Notes: generated from the sequence alone by a model not told the origin. Counted from the first letter of the stretch, positions 29,491 through 40,387 are shown. The stretch is 64,000 nucleotides of DNA from an uncultured delta proteobacterium (GCA_963760795.1 CAVXEP010000016.1:1-64000), one strand, 5' to 3'. Translations and numbers: made by a program.

Positions 29491-30570
29491 ATGAAGCATA
29501 GGCCTTACTTGTCGCGATTCGCGCAGCTATTCGCGATCATTGCCGCGGCAATCGCCTTAATGTGCTCAGCCGTAGAACCGTCCCGTGCGCAAGCGCCGTT
29601 CTTCCAAGGAAAGACCGTCACCATCATCCAGGGGCGCGATCCCGGCGGCTCGGGAGACTTGCGAACCAAGGCCTTAGTGCCGTTCCTGCAAAAATATCTG
29701 CCCGGCAATCCCACCGTCATCATGGAATACATGCCCGGCGCGGGCGGGCGAATGGCCGCCAATCATCTCTACCGAACCGCGAAACCTGACGGGCTCACCA
29801 TCGGCAATCCGAGTATCGGTATGATTTCTTCCGCCATCCTCGGCGAGGCCGGAGTGCAATACGATATCGATAAGTTCTCCTATCTTGGATCGCCCTACAG
29901 CGCCTATCACGCCGTCTTTCTCAGCAGACAACAGGCGGGGTTTAACAGTGTCGAGAAATTGCAAGCGGCATCAGGGGTGCGCATCGGCGCTCAGTCGGTT
30001 GGTTTCGTCACCTACAACGAAGGCCGCCTCTTCGCTTATTTGTTGGGTCTAAAGGAACCACGGTTCGTTGCCGCTTACAGCGGCGCCGAGCTCGACCCAG
30101 CGCTTATTCGCGGCGAGATCGACGCGCGCGCCACCGGCGCCGACTCCATTACTCAGCGTAACAAAGAGTGGCTCGAAAAAGGTTCGCCGGTGGACTTCCA
30201 TGCGATCCTCGAAGTTCCCAAAGGCAACAAACATCCGCAATTCGCCCAGTTGCGAGAAATCGAGAGCTTTGCCAAATCGGATTTAGATCGCAAGCTGGCC
30301 AATATGGCGCGCGCTTTTAGAATCGCCGGCACGCCGTTCGTGCTGCCGCCGGGAACACCGAAGGATCGCGTCGAAATCATCCAGGCCGCGTTCCGCAAGA
30401 CGTTTCAGGATCCCGATTTCTCGCGTGATTATAAAAAGATGAGCGGCGACGAGGCAACGCCGCTGCTGCCGGAAAACCATGAAAAGGCGATCAAAGAAAT
30501 CCCGCGCGACCGCGAGGTGATCGAGCTATTCAAGAAACTCGTCGGCGCCGGACCGCTACCGGCGCGGTGA
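29491..30570 (+). CDS. Bug/TctC-family tripartite tricarboxylate transporter solute-binding protein
   Basis: FFQGKTV, PGGSGD, MPGAGG..AANHLY..AKPDGLT, PPGTPKDRV. Confidence 0.88.
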   Translation: MKHRPYLSRFAQLFAIIAAAIALMCSAVEPSRAQAPFFQGKTVTIIQGRDPGGSGDLRTKALVPFLQKYLPGNPTVIMEYMPGAGGRMAANHLYRTAKPDGLTIGNPSIGMISSAILGEAGVQYDIDKFSYLGSPYSAYHAVFLSRQQAGFNSVEKLQAASGVRIGAQSVGFVTYNEGRLFAYLLGLKEPRFVAAYSGAELDPALIRGEIDARATGADSITQRNKEWLEKGSPVDFHAILEVPKGNKHPQFAQLREIESFAKSDLDRKLANMARAFRIAGTPFVLPPGTPKDRVEIIQAAFRKTFQDPDFSRDYKKMSGDEATPLLPENHEKAIKEIPRDREVIELFKKLVGAGPLPAR

Positions 30571-30701
30571 CGCCCCGGATTATTTTGCAGGGGGTATCGA
30601 GCTGCCATGTGGTTAGTACGTAACCGAGCCCAACCTGGATGCCGGTTTTCACCGGCATGACGAATAAATTGGACGTCGGCGTACCGCCTCAGCCATTTTA
30701 T

Positions 30702-30737
30702 AAAAAAAAACGCGCACTCTTTGGGAGTGCGCGTTTT
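30702..30737 (-). terminator. Intrinsic terminator
   Basis: A9-cgcgcactc-tttgg-gagtgcgcg-tttt. Confidence 0.8.
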
Positions 30738-30760
30738 GCTTAAAGCGTGTTCTGGGTTGA

Positions 30761-31576
30761 TTACTTAGCTGCGCGCGTCGCGGTTAGCTTGGCTCCGCCG
30801 CCGTTGATTTCCATGCTATTGCCTTGAACATGTCCGGTGTATTGGACGCCGGCGCCGCTGAAGCTGATTTCTTCACCGTTCAGCTTGCCGTTGATCGGCG
30901 TGCTGACATTGCCGCTCTTGATGGTGCCGGTAATCATTTGAAATGTTTGTTTGAGGGCTATCTCGCCCGCGGCGGTTTTCCAGGTGCCCTGGACTTTGGC
31001 GGGGACGATCCACAGGTGAGCGGTGCACCAGTTGGTGCAGCCTTCGACCCGTTCGGTCTGATCCGGCTTCCAATCTTCCATGTCGAAAGAGTTCGACACG
31101 ATACGTGTGCCGGGTTTCAGATCGAGGATTTTCGGACGCAGCTTCAAATTGATGCTCGGCAGCAAGAACATGGTGATGACTTGTGCTTGGGAAAAGTCGC
31201 TCTCGAATAAATCGGCTTTGGTGAAGGTGGCTTTGTCGCTAACTCCTTCTTTCGCTGCGGCATTCTTTGAGATCTCAACCATGTCTGGGTTGTATTCGAT
31301 GCCAAGGGCTTTGGAGCCCTTCTTCGCCGCTGTGATAACGGTGCGGCCGTCGCCGGAGCCGAGATCGATGACGTAGTCTTTGGGCGTGACCTTGGCCATT
31401 TCCAACATCTTGTCGACCAGCGCCTGTGGCGTTGGCACCCAAACGACATCCTTGCCGGCCTGGCCGACCTCCGGCTGAAACTCCTTCGCCGGTTGGGCGA
31501 AGCTGATGTTGCCGGCGACATTGATGACCAGCGCGGCGCTGACAAACACACTAGCGGTTAATTTCTTCAGATCCAT
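30761..31576 (-). CDS. Class I SAM-dependent methyltransferase with signal peptide
   Basis: DVVWVPTP, IDLGSGDGR, GIEYNP, LKPGTRIVSN.FDM.DW.PD. Confidence 0.88.
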   Translation of the reverse strand: MDLKKLTASVFVSAALVINVAGNISFAQPAKEFQPEVGQAGKDVVWVPTPQALVDKMLEMAKVTPKDYVIDLGSGDGRTVITAAKKGSKALGIEYNPDMVEISKNAAAKEGVSDKATFTKADLFESDFSQAQVITMFLLPSINLKLRPKILDLKPGTRIVSNSFDMEDWKPDQTERVEGCTNWCTAHLWIVPAKVQGTWKTAAGEIALKQTFQMITGTIKSGNVSTPINGKLNGEEISFSGAGVQYTGHVQGNSMEINGGGAKLTATRAAK

Positions 31577-31705
31577 TTCAATCCTCCTTAGCGGGGAAAT
31601 ATAGCAGGCGAAATTAGAATAGTGGAGAGGCCTAAGAAAAAAAATCCCAGCCAGGAGTGAGATTCCTAGAGCGGAACAGTGGCAAGCGCGTGAGCCGAAA
31701 ATTGT

Positions 31706-31769
31706 TCACCACGAAGGACACGAAGTTAGGAGACTTACGGAACCGAAACCTTCGTGCTCTTCGTGGTGA
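31706..31769. repeat. Palindromic (CACGAAG)n repeat element
   Basis: tcaccacgaaggacacgaag ... cttcgtgctcttcgtggtga. Confidence 0.75.
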
Positions 31770-31809
31770 GGTTGAATTTTCATCTAGACCTAAGGTCTTA
31801 GTTAGGCCA

Positions 31810-32613
31810 CTAGCGCCGCGTCGCCGTCCACTTGGCGCCGTTTTTCGCCATGCCATCGATGGTGTTGCCAGTGACCTTGCCGCTGTATTCGGTCGTGCCG
31901 GCGGTGAAAGAAATCTGCTCGCCGTGCAATTTCCCGTTCACCGGGGTTTCAACGCCGCCAGACTTGAGCGTGCCGGTAATGTTCTGAAAGGTCTGTTTCA
32001 GGGCCAACTCGCCTTGGCCTAATGTCCAGGTTCCCGCCACTTTTGCCGGCACGATCCACAGATGCGCGGTACACCAGGAGTTGCAGCCCGGTAAACTGGC
32101 GGTTTCATCTGGTTTCCAATCACCCATGTCGAAGGTGTTCGAGGCGATGCGCGTGCCCGGTTTGAGATCGAGGATCTTCGGCCGTAGCTTCAGGTTGATG
32201 CTGGAGAGCAGGAACATGGTGATCACCTGGGCCTGGGAAAAGTCGCTCTCGAAAAGATCGGCTTTAACGAAACTCGCTTTATCGCTCACGCCTTCCTTGG
32301 CCGCCGCCTTTTTCGATAGCTCCACCATGTCGGGGTTGTATTCGATGCCCAGAGCCTTGGAACCGCGCTTGGCTGCTGTGATGACGGTGCGGCCGTCGCC
32401 GGAACCGAGATCGATGACGTAATCCTTGGGCGTGACCTTGGCCATGTCGAGCATCTTGTCGACCAGACCTTGCGGCGTCGGCACCCAAATGACGTCTTTG
32501 CCGTCTTGGCCGACCTGGGGCTGAAACTCTTCCGCGGCGCGCGCGGACTGTGCCGCGCTGAAAACTAGACAAAGTATTAAAGCTAACAATCGTATTGAAG
32601 TATTCGCTGGCAT
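31810..32613 (-). CDS. Class I SAM-dependent methyltransferase with signal peptide (tandem paralog)
   Basis: Near-identical core to 30761-31576; RBS gaggag; A-X-A cleavage site. Confidence 0.88.
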   Translation of the reverse strand: MPANTSIRLLALILCLVFSAAQSARAAEEFQPQVGQDGKDVIWVPTPQGLVDKMLDMAKVTPKDYVIDLGSGDGRTVITAAKRGSKALGIEYNPDMVELSKKAAAKEGVSDKASFVKADLFESDFSQAQVITMFLLSSINLKLRPKILDLKPGTRIASNTFDMGDWKPDETASLPGCNSWCTAHLWIVPAKVAGTWTLGQGELALKQTFQNITGTLKSGGVETPVNGKLHGEQISFTAGTTEYSGKVTGNTIDGMAKNGAKWTATRR

Positions 32614-32753
32614 GGCCTCTCCTCGTGAAGTATCTCGCTTTGCTACGGTCCACCTCAATACTCTAAGCAAACAAAAATGTCCAGGAAACCTCCGACCCGG
32701 TCCGACGATTTGAACGGCTTGAACGTTTTGAACGACTGGAACGGCCCAGGGTT

Positions 32754-34040
32754 CTAAGATTCTAATTGTCGGATCGCCGGGATGCGCCACGCGACCAGGG
32801 CGGTGAGGACGATGACGATGGCGCCCATGATCGCGACCGTTGTTGGCGCGCCGAGGAAGTGCGCCGATGTGCCGGCGAATAGCGCGCCCAGCGGCATGAA
32901 GCCGCGGTCGAGCATGTAGAGACTCAACACCCGGCCGCGCAGTTCATCGGGGACGATCATTTGCAGCATGGTGGCGGTGCTGGCGAGGAAAAACATCTGA
33001 AATATACCGACGATTACCAACGTCACCAAAGCCAGCGGAAACCAAGTGATCTGCGAGAACAGGATGATCGCGGCGCCGAGGACGAAAATGCTGCCGACCA
33101 AAAAGCGCCCCTGCCTCTTGATGCGGTTGCCCATCGAGGCCAAGGTCAAAATTGCTATTACGGCGCCGATACCGGGGGCGGCCATCAGCAAGCCCAATCC
33201 TTCCGGACCGATCTTGAGCACGTCCTTTTGAAACACCGGCATGAGCGTCTGGTAGGGCACGGCGAATATCCGCGGCACGTAAGCGAGCGCCATGAGGGCG
33301 AACACCGCCGGCGTCGACCAGACGTAAGCGAAACCCTCTTTGAGATTGGCCAGAGCTGAAGTGTGTCTGGCTTCGGCCCGCTGGGGCGGGACATTCATTC
33401 TATAAATCATCCACAGCACGCCGGCGTAGGCCACAGCTTGGACGAAAAAATTCTCGGCCGCGCCAACCCAGGCGATCAGCGCTCCGCCCAACGCCGGGCC
33501 TAGCACTTTCATCATATTGAAGCCGCCGGAGTTGATCGCCACGGCGTTGGCCAGCTCGTCTTTGGGCACCGAGCTGGGAATCAAACTCATGCGCACCGGC
33601 TCGGTGATGGTCCAAGCGATGCCGGTGATCAGTGTGAAAACAAAAATATGCCAGACATGCAGGTAAGGCGACCAGACCAAGCCGCCGAAGATGACGGCGG
33701 TGGCGATCAGCACCCATTGAGTGCCGATCAAGAGTTTTCTCCGGTCCATGCGATCGGCGGCAACCCCCGCCATCGGTCCGGTGACTAAAAACGGCAGCGC
33801 GCGCAGACCGTTGAGAGCGCCGAGAAGCACCGAATTGCCGGTGAGATCGTAGATCAGCCAGCCCAATGTGACTTGCTGCACCCATTGGCCGGCGCTCATC
33901 ATCACCGTGCCAGTCCAGAGATAACGAAAGTCGGCGTGGCGCAGCGACGAAAAGGTGCGCAAGCGAGCGCGTGCTGGAGTTGCTGTGGTTGCGGTGTCGA
34001 GCGGCGCTGTTAGTTCATCGTCCAAGTGTCTAGTTTCCAA
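32754..34040 (-). CDS. MFS transporter (MFS_3/EntS-like)
   Basis: FSSLRHADFRYLW, GVAADRMDRRKL, VPDELRGRV, about 12 hydrophobic segments. Confidence 0.9.
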   Translation of the reverse strand: METRHLDDELTAPLDTATTATPARARLRTFSSLRHADFRYLWTGTVMMSAGQWVQQVTLGWLIYDLTGNSVLLGALNGLRALPFLVTGPMAGVAADRMDRRKLLIGTQWVLIATAVIFGGLVWSPYLHVWHIFVFTLITGIAWTITEPVRMSLIPSSVPKDELANAVAINSGGFNMMKVLGPALGGALIAWVGAAENFFVQAVAYAGVLWMIYRMNVPPQRAEARHTSALANLKEGFAYVWSTPAVFALMALAYVPRIFAVPYQTLMPVFQKDVLKIGPEGLGLLMAAPGIGAVIAILTLASMGNRIKRQGRFLVGSIFVLGAAIILFSQITWFPLALVTLVIVGIFQMFFLASTATMLQMIVPDELRGRVLSLYMLDRGFMPLGALFAGTSAHFLGAPTTVAIMGAIVIVLTALVAWRIPAIRQLES

Positions 34041-34225
34041 AACCGTATAGTATCATGAATTTTAATAAGTTCACTTCGTTCGAGAAAATCATCTCTGCTT
34101 TCCCGACCCTTGCGGGCTCGGCATCGCTCGGCCTTTGCCAAATACATCGGGTTGGGAGCACTCGTGGCTCTCGCTTGCGGCGATGCCACTCCGATGGGTT
34201 CTGTATCGCCTTGGCGGCGATTATT

Positions 34226-35267
34226 TCATTGCAGCGCGTAGAATCGTTTGGCGTTCTCACTGAGGATTTTGCGCTTGGCTTGCTCGGATAAATCCCGGCG
34301 GTGCCAGAACTCGGGGATGTCGACGGCGAATTCGCCGGCTTGGCGTTCGTGGGGGAAGTCGGTCGGGATACATGACATGATCTTCGCCGAGTTCGCGGAC
34401 GACGGCGTCGAGAGTCTTTTCGTCGGTTTCGCAGGTGACATAGATGTTGCCGCGTTTGAAGTATTCGCTCGGTTTGATGCTCAGTGGAAAATGTTTGCGC
34501 TTGCGGTCGATGTGAAACTTTTCGTCCATGCGGTCCATCATGTAGGGAATCCAACCGGCGCCGGCTTCGAGAAAGCCAACTCTCAGCTTGGGAAATAAAT
34601 CGAACACGCCGTCCAGGACCACGCTGGTGAGCTGGATCATCTGCGCCAGCGGATGTTCGAGGGTGTGGATCATCGACATGGTCTGCAAAAAATCGAAGCC
34701 CAAGCCGCGGCTAACGGCGCCGTGCACGGTCAGCGGCACGTTGAGCGCTTCGGCTTCCTTGTAGATCGGGTGAAAGTCTTGGTGGCCGTAGCCTTTGTTG
34801 AGCATCGTCACCGCCGGCAGCAGGCCGGCGACCATGCCGAGTTCTTTGACCGCGCGGCGCAGTTCGCTGGCCGCTTCTTGCGGGTTGTGCACCGGCAGCA
34901 TGGCGACGCCTTTCAAGCGCGGGTCGACTTTGCAGTAGCGATCGGCGAGCCAGTTGTTGTACATGCGCGCGACCACGCATGCCCAATCGGGATCTTGGAT
35001 AAGACCGAAGGAGAGGCCGGCGGTGGGATAGAGCACGGCGGCGCTGATCTGCGAACCATCGATGAACTCGATCCACTCCTTGGCGGAGATGCGCGTGACT
35101 TTATTCAAGCCGCGGACGAAGCCGCGCGGCCAACCGTCGAGGGAGGGAAAGATCGAAAAAACTCCCGAGCGCCGGTGGCCGGTGTAGTCGCCGTCGAAGT
35201 ATTCTTCCAGTTCCGCGTCGGTCTCCAAGACGTGACCGTCGGCGTCTATGACTTCTACTCCGTCCAT
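34226..35267 (-). CDS. Amidohydrolase_2 family protein (+1 frameshift near 34366)
   Basis: IDADGHVLE, FLEAGAGW, TDFPHE, KILSENAKRFY. Confidence 0.87.
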
Positions 35268-35520
35268 CGCGGGCGTTCTCCTGGCAAGAAAATCTGCAGA
35301 GCCCTGGCTTAGCATCCGGGCACAATTTTTGTCAACGCAGGGACGTGCGGCAAATCTATCATGCAAGTGAAAGCAGAATCCAGATTCAACTCGGCGAGAA
35401 TAAACCTGAATTACCGTGTCGGCGAGAAGGACGGTTTAGGGAATCCTGATGTTGCTTGGCGTTGACAGCGCTTGGAAGCGCGTGCTTTAACGGGTCAATC
35501 GTATACTTCGGAGAACGCCG

Positions 35521-35665
35521 GTGATCGACGGTTATCAAATCTATGACGCTGATGCCCACGTCAATGTGGCGCCGCAGATGTGGGAAGATCTGCCCAAGGA
35601 GTTCGCGGTGGCAGAAGCAGAGGATCTTATACAATAATCCGATTCGGCTATTTGGCGAAGTGTGA
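35521..35665 (+). pseudogene. Internally deleted amidohydrolase remnant
   Basis: N-terminus MIDGYQIYDADAHVNV..WEDLP joined out of frame to C-terminus QKQRILYNNPIRLFGEV*. Confidence 0.7.
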
Positions 35666-35681
35666 GGCTGCTTCCTGACTC

Positions 35682-35808
35682 CGTCATTCTCGCGTACGCG
35701 GGAATTCAGGTGACGGACAGTGTCCGTCATACCGTTGAAAAACGGTATCTAGGTTGAGGGGATGGACCCCGGTCGTCACCGGGGTGACGATAGAACGGGA
35801 ATGACGGA
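35682..35808. repeat. Cluster of CGTC REP palindromes
   Basis: cgtcattctcgcgtacgcgggaattcag; cgtcataccgttgaaaaacggtatctag; ggaccccggtcgtcaccggggtgacg; gggaatgacgg. Confidence 0.8.
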
Positions 35809-35835
35809 TAGGCGGGTGACTTTCAGTGAAACTGA

Positions 35836-36825
35836 ATGAGGTACGTCATGTTGCGTAGAACTAAAGCAGTTCAACTAATCTATCTGCTACCAGCGCTTTG
35901 GATTTTGCTTAGCTCTGTCCAAGCGCCGGCCCAGACTCACGTCAAGATCGGCATCGTCAGTCCGACCTTCGGGCATGCGCCATTTTACGTCGCGCGGGAG
36001 AAGGGATTCTTTAGGGCTGAAGGCTTGGTCGGTGAAGTGATCGTCATGAATCGGGATGACCTGATCTTGCAATCGTTAGTTGCCGACTCGATCCAGTTCG
36101 GCAATATTTCTCCCGGCGCATTTTTCCCGGCAAGGGATCAGGGTCTCACGGATCTCAAGATTATCGCCGGTTCGTTTAACGGCACGACCTATTCGATCAT
36201 TGCCAATGCGAAATTTAAAAGCCTAGAGCAGCTCAAGGGAGCGAAGCTGGCGGTCTCCAGCTTGCAGGCCGGTTCGACGCAAGTTTTGAAATACATCCTT
36301 AAACAGCGTGGTCTGGTTTATCCGCGTGATTATAACTTGATCCGCGCCGGTGGCACGACGCTGCGATGGGCGGCGTTGCAAACGCAGCAAGTTGACGGCG
36401 CGATTTTAGCGGAACCCGTAAGTGTCATCGCGGTGGAGAAGGGTTTCGTCAATTTGGGCGACGCCTATAAGTTGGTACCGGGATATATGCTAGCTGGCGT
36501 ATTCGTCCGCGAAGGGTGGGCGGCGAAGAACAAGGATCTGACACTGCGTTTTCTGCGCGCGTTTCACAACGCGTTAAAGTGGTTACACGACAACCGCGCT
36601 GAGGCGCTCGATCTCTTGCCGAAGATCACCACTCTGCAAAAGCAGTATGTGCAGAGCGCTTGGGAGACTTATACCAAAGCCGTTTGGCCGCGCGACGGAC
36701 GGGCGAGCGCCAAAGGCCTGCAGCTAGTGATCGACATGGTGGTTGAAGAGGGATTGCTCAAGAAGCCGGTGAAGCCCGAGGACGTGATCGATCATTCCTA
36801 CTTGCAGGAGATTGGCGCGCGCTAA
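35836..36825 (+). CDS. NMT1/SsuA-type solute-binding protein
   Basis: PFYVAREKGFFRAEGL, QLKGAKLAV, DVIDHSYL. Confidence 0.88.
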   Translation: MRYVMLRRTKAVQLIYLLPALWILLSSVQAPAQTHVKIGIVSPTFGHAPFYVAREKGFFRAEGLVGEVIVMNRDDLILQSLVADSIQFGNISPGAFFPARDQGLTDLKIIAGSFNGTTYSIIANAKFKSLEQLKGAKLAVSSLQAGSTQVLKYILKQRGLVYPRDYNLIRAGGTTLRWAALQTQQVDGAILAEPVSVIAVEKGFVNLGDAYKLVPGYMLAGVFVREGWAAKNKDLTLRFLRAFHNALKWLHDNRAEALDLLPKITTLQKQYVQSAWETYTKAVWPRDGRASAKGLQLVIDMVVEEGLLKKPVKPEDVIDHSYLQEIGAR

Positions 36826-37087
36826 TTATTTGTTCAAGTCGTTCCAATCGTTCAAGCGGTTCCAATCGTTCGGTCGATTTTGACTGTTGTGGCACGTTTG
36901 TATTAAGAGTGGATATGAAAACACGGAGGTGACCATGGAATTGGCGAGGCATCCGGCGCAGAAAATGTGTGGCCGCGTTAGGGTTCAAGGTTCAAAAGTT
37001 CAACGGTTCAAGGTCAGAAATTCAGCTTGGTTTATTCGTGAAAAACATTGTTTACTCCTTTCACCGTCTTGGAGGCTGTGACGCAAC

Positions 37088-37149
37088 TGTCATTCCGAGG
37101 CGAAGCCGAGGAATCTCGTCTTCGTAAGTGGCAGACAAGACGAGATCCT
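37088..37149. repeat. Inverted TGTC/CGTC REP pair
   Basis: tgtcattccgaggcgaagccgaggaatct ... agatccttcgctacactcaggatgaca. Confidence 0.8.
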
Positions 37150-37259
37150 TCGCTACACTCAGGATGACAGAACTCGGACTTCCGCGCATTGCTCCACAGT
37201 CTCTCTAGGGAGAAACGGTGGGATGGGGCGAGGCTATTTTCCAATCGGAGGGGATCATC

Positions 37260-38343
37260 ATGGGAATCATAGACGCCGATACGCATATCGATGAAACCGA
37301 GGACACTTGGGAGTTCATGACGGGCGACGATCTCAGGTTCAAACCGACGACACAGTACCCCGCCAATCCCGATCCGACCAAAGTTCCCGACCCGTTATTG
37401 GCTGATCGATGGGCGGCGCCAGCTGCGTTTTATCCGCGGCGACGAAGAATCGGGGACGGTGGTGGAATCGCGGGAACTGCTGGATGTCCAAGTCCGGCTC
37501 AAACATATGGACCAGCTCGGCACCGATATTCAAGTCATCTACCCGACGGTTTTTCTCATGGAGGCGACCGAGAAGCCCGAAGTCGCCAGCGCGCTGCGCC
37601 GTAGCTACAACCGCTGGCTTGCCGATCGCTGTGGGCGATCGGCTGGCCGGTTGCGCTGGGTGTGCCTGCCGCCGCTGCATAATATGGACGAGACCGTCAA
37701 AGAGCTGCGCTTCGCCAAAGAGCATGGCGCGTGCGGCGTCTTGAAGAAGGGCGATCGCGAGGCCGACAAATGGATCACCGATCCGTACTTTCTGCCGCTT
37801 TACGCAGAGGCGGAAAAGCTCGACCTGCCGATCTGCATTCATACCGGTTCGGGTATCCCGGATTTTTCGCCGGCGCGGGATTTTTCTCTAGCGCAGTTCT
37901 GGCGCACTAAAGCCGCGGCGGTCAACGGTATCGAGACCTTGATCGTCAACAACATTCCGGCGCAGTTTCCCAAGCTGCGTTTCGGCTGCATCGAAGCGGG
38001 CGCTTCGTGGGTCAACTTTGTCGATTATGACCTGCGCCGGCGGATGAAGTCGCGCACTGGGCGGGTGAGCGTCCTGGGCGGTCCGCCGACGATAATCAAG
38101 AGCAATGTCTACCAAGAAAACCGCATCTACGTCACCTGTCAGGTCGATGAAGATTTGCCGTACATCCTGCAATATGTCGGCGAGGACAATCTGATCGTCG
38201 GCTCCGACTACACGCACCGCGATCCGTCGATGGAGTTGGAGTTTCGTACACTATTGCAGCAACGAGCCGACCGGGGCGAGATTCCAAAGACGGCGGTGGA
38301 GAAGATCCTCTATGATAATCCCAAAGCGTTCTACGGGTTATAG
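37260..38343 (+). CDS. Amidohydrolase_2 family protein (+1 frameshift near 37382)
   Basis: MGIIDADTHIDE, VIYPT, CIEAGASW, GSDYTH.D, ILYDNPKAFY. Confidence 0.87.
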
Positions 38344-38454
38344 ATGATTTGACGGCGCCGCCGGGGAACGGGTGGCTAGCTTGCCGCTCTTTAAAAACCC
38401 GCCGATCCGTATTAAGCAATGAAGAAACTAATCCAATCGTAAGGAGAAGCCACC

Positions 38455-39543
38455 GTGCGCATAATTGACGCTGACACACATATCGACGAAACCGATGCCA
38501 CTTGGGAGTTCATGACGAGCGGCGATCTGGCCTACAAGCCGACGACCGCTTATCCATCCAACCCCGATCCGAAACTGCCGCCGGCGCGCTATTGGGTGAT
38601 CGAGGGCAAGCGGCAAGTGCGCTTCATCCGCAGTGACAAGGATTCCGGTACCACCGTTGAGACCCGCGAACTGCTCGACGTCAACGCCCGGCTCAAACAT
38701 ATGGATGAGCTCGGCACCGATATTCAGGTGATTTATCCGACCTTGTTTCTAATGGAAGCGTCGGAGAATCCCGAGGCGAGCACGGCGACGCGGAAAAGCT
38801 ACAATCGCTGGTTGGGCGAGCGTTGCAGTCATTCGGGCGGCCGCCTGCGCTGGGCATGCATGCCGCCGGTGCAGAAAATCGATTCGGTGCTGGAGGAGCT
38901 GACCTGGGCGAAAGAGCATGGCGCCTGCGGCGTCGTGAAAAAAGGCGACCGCGAAGCTGGGAAATATCCCGCCGATCCCTATTTCGAACCGCTTTATGCG
39001 GCGGCGGAAAAACTCGATCTGCCGATCTGCATTCATACCGGCTCCGGCATTCCAGATTTTTCGCCGGCGCGGGAGTTCTCCCATGGCCAGTTTATGCGCA
39101 CCAAAGGGGCGGCGATCAACGGTGTGCTCGGATTGGTCTTGCACAAGATCCCGATGAAGTTCCCCAAGCTGCGCATCGGCTGTATCGAGGCCGGATCCAT
39201 GTGGACGCCGTTCGTGGCTTACGATTTGAAACGGCAGGCGATCAAGCAGCAGGGGCGCGAGTCGGTGGGTGTTCTCGGCGTGCCGCTGATCGATATTTCA
39301 ACCAATGTCTTCAAGGACAACCGGATCTGGGTCACCTGCCAGGTGGACGAGGACTTGCCGCTAATCCTCAAAACCGTCGGCGAGGATAATCTCATGGTCG
39401 GTTCGGACTATACCCACCGTGATCCGTCGATGGAGCTGGAATTTCGCAAAGAGTTGCAAGCCCGCGCCGACAAGGGCGACATCCCGCAGGCGGCGATTCA
39501 GAAAATTCTCTACGACAATCCGAAGGCGTTCTATGCGCTATAG
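38455..39543 (+). CDS. Amidohydrolase_2 family protein (tandem paralog)
   Basis: IIDADTHIDE, GSDYTHRDP; closely similar to the upstream gene. Confidence 0.9.
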   Translation: MRIIDADTHIDETDATWEFMTSGDLAYKPTTAYPSNPDPKLPPARYWVIEGKRQVRFIRSDKDSGTTVETRELLDVNARLKHMDELGTDIQVIYPTLFLMEASENPEASTATRKSYNRWLGERCSHSGGRLRWACMPPVQKIDSVLEELTWAKEHGACGVVKKGDREAGKYPADPYFEPLYAAAEKLDLPICIHTGSGIPDFSPAREFSHGQFMRTKGAAINGVLGLVLHKIPMKFPKLRIGCIEAGSMWTPFVAYDLKRQAIKQQGRESVGVLGVPLIDISTNVFKDNRIWVTCQVDEDLPLILKTVGEDNLMVGSDYTHRDPSMELEFRKELQARADKGDIPQAAIQKILYDNPKAFYAL

Positions 39544-39571
39544 TCTTAAATTAGTATCTATGAAGCACACT

Positions 39572-39651
39572 CCGTCATGCCGGCGAAAGCCGGCATCCAT
39601 CTTCGCTTCTCCGACAATAACCCTGGATTCCGGCCTGCGCCGGAATGACGA
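39572..39651. repeat. Inverted CGTC REP pair
   Basis: ccgtcatgccggcgaaagccggcatcca ... ctggattccggcctgcgccggaatgacg. Confidence 0.85.
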
Positions 39652-39744
39652 AATGAATAAGAGAGCGTATAGCGTATTAAGTTGTGACACAGTGAGGTGC
39701 GGTTGATGTTAACTATGGCAAATTTAACAGGAGGAGGACATTAA

Positions 39745-40296
39745 ATGATTGTTCTCAGCCCGGAAGGGAAAGCGCAGACCTCGGCGGCGAAAATCGCGGG
39801 TATCGCCCAGTTCACCGATCTGCGCGGCAAAGTAGTGGGGCTGCTCGATAACAGCAAACCCAACGCCGACAAGCTGGCGGAGCGTTTCGCGGAATTGTTG
39901 AAAGAAAGATACGGCGTCGCCGGCCTGATCACGCGGCGTAAGCTGACCGCCCAGCAAGGAGCGCCCAAACAGTATCTCGACGAGCTCGCGTCGCAAGCCG
40001 ACTTCGTCATTTGCGGCCTCGGTGATTGAGGCTCCTGCACGTCGTGGAGTGTCCACGACTCACTCGAGATCCAAAAGCGCGGACGGTTCGCGATCACACT
40101 GATCACCCACGCCTTCATCGCATTGGCAAAGTCCGAAAAGGAAGCTTTCGGCGCGCCGGATCATCCGGTGCTGGTCGTGCGGCATCCCATCGGCACGGTC
40201 AAGATCGAAGATGTGAATGAAAAGGCCGACGCGGCGTTCGATCAGTTGGTAAATATTCTGCTTGCGCCCGAGGCGGCGCGAGCGAAGGTCGCCTAG
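39745..40296 (+). CDS. UGSC-family selenoprotein (Sec95, U-G-S-C)
   Basis: RBS ggaggagg. VGLLDNSKPNAD...ICGLGD-UGA-GSCTSWSVHDSLEIQKRG...VRHPIG; the frame stays open 88 codons past UGA 40027-40029 to TAG at 40294-40296. Confidence 0.9.
40041..40059 (+). promoter_or_regulatory. Bacterial SECIS-like hairpin (UGSC)
   Basis: GUCGUGGA-GUG-UCCACGAC starting 11 nt after the UGA. Confidence 0.75.
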
Positions 40297-40387
40297 CAAA
40301 GATAGTTTCAAGTTTCGGGTTTCGAGTTTCGTGTTGAACCACGGACTCGGAATCCGAGACTTTTTGTTTTGTATCTGTTCCTAAGTT

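Noticed and set aside
36935-37081. Small ORF with strong RBS (ggaggt) and an upstream TGGCACG
   Set aside because: It runs through GGTTCAA repeats, has no recognisable motif, and the sigma54 -12 GC is missing.
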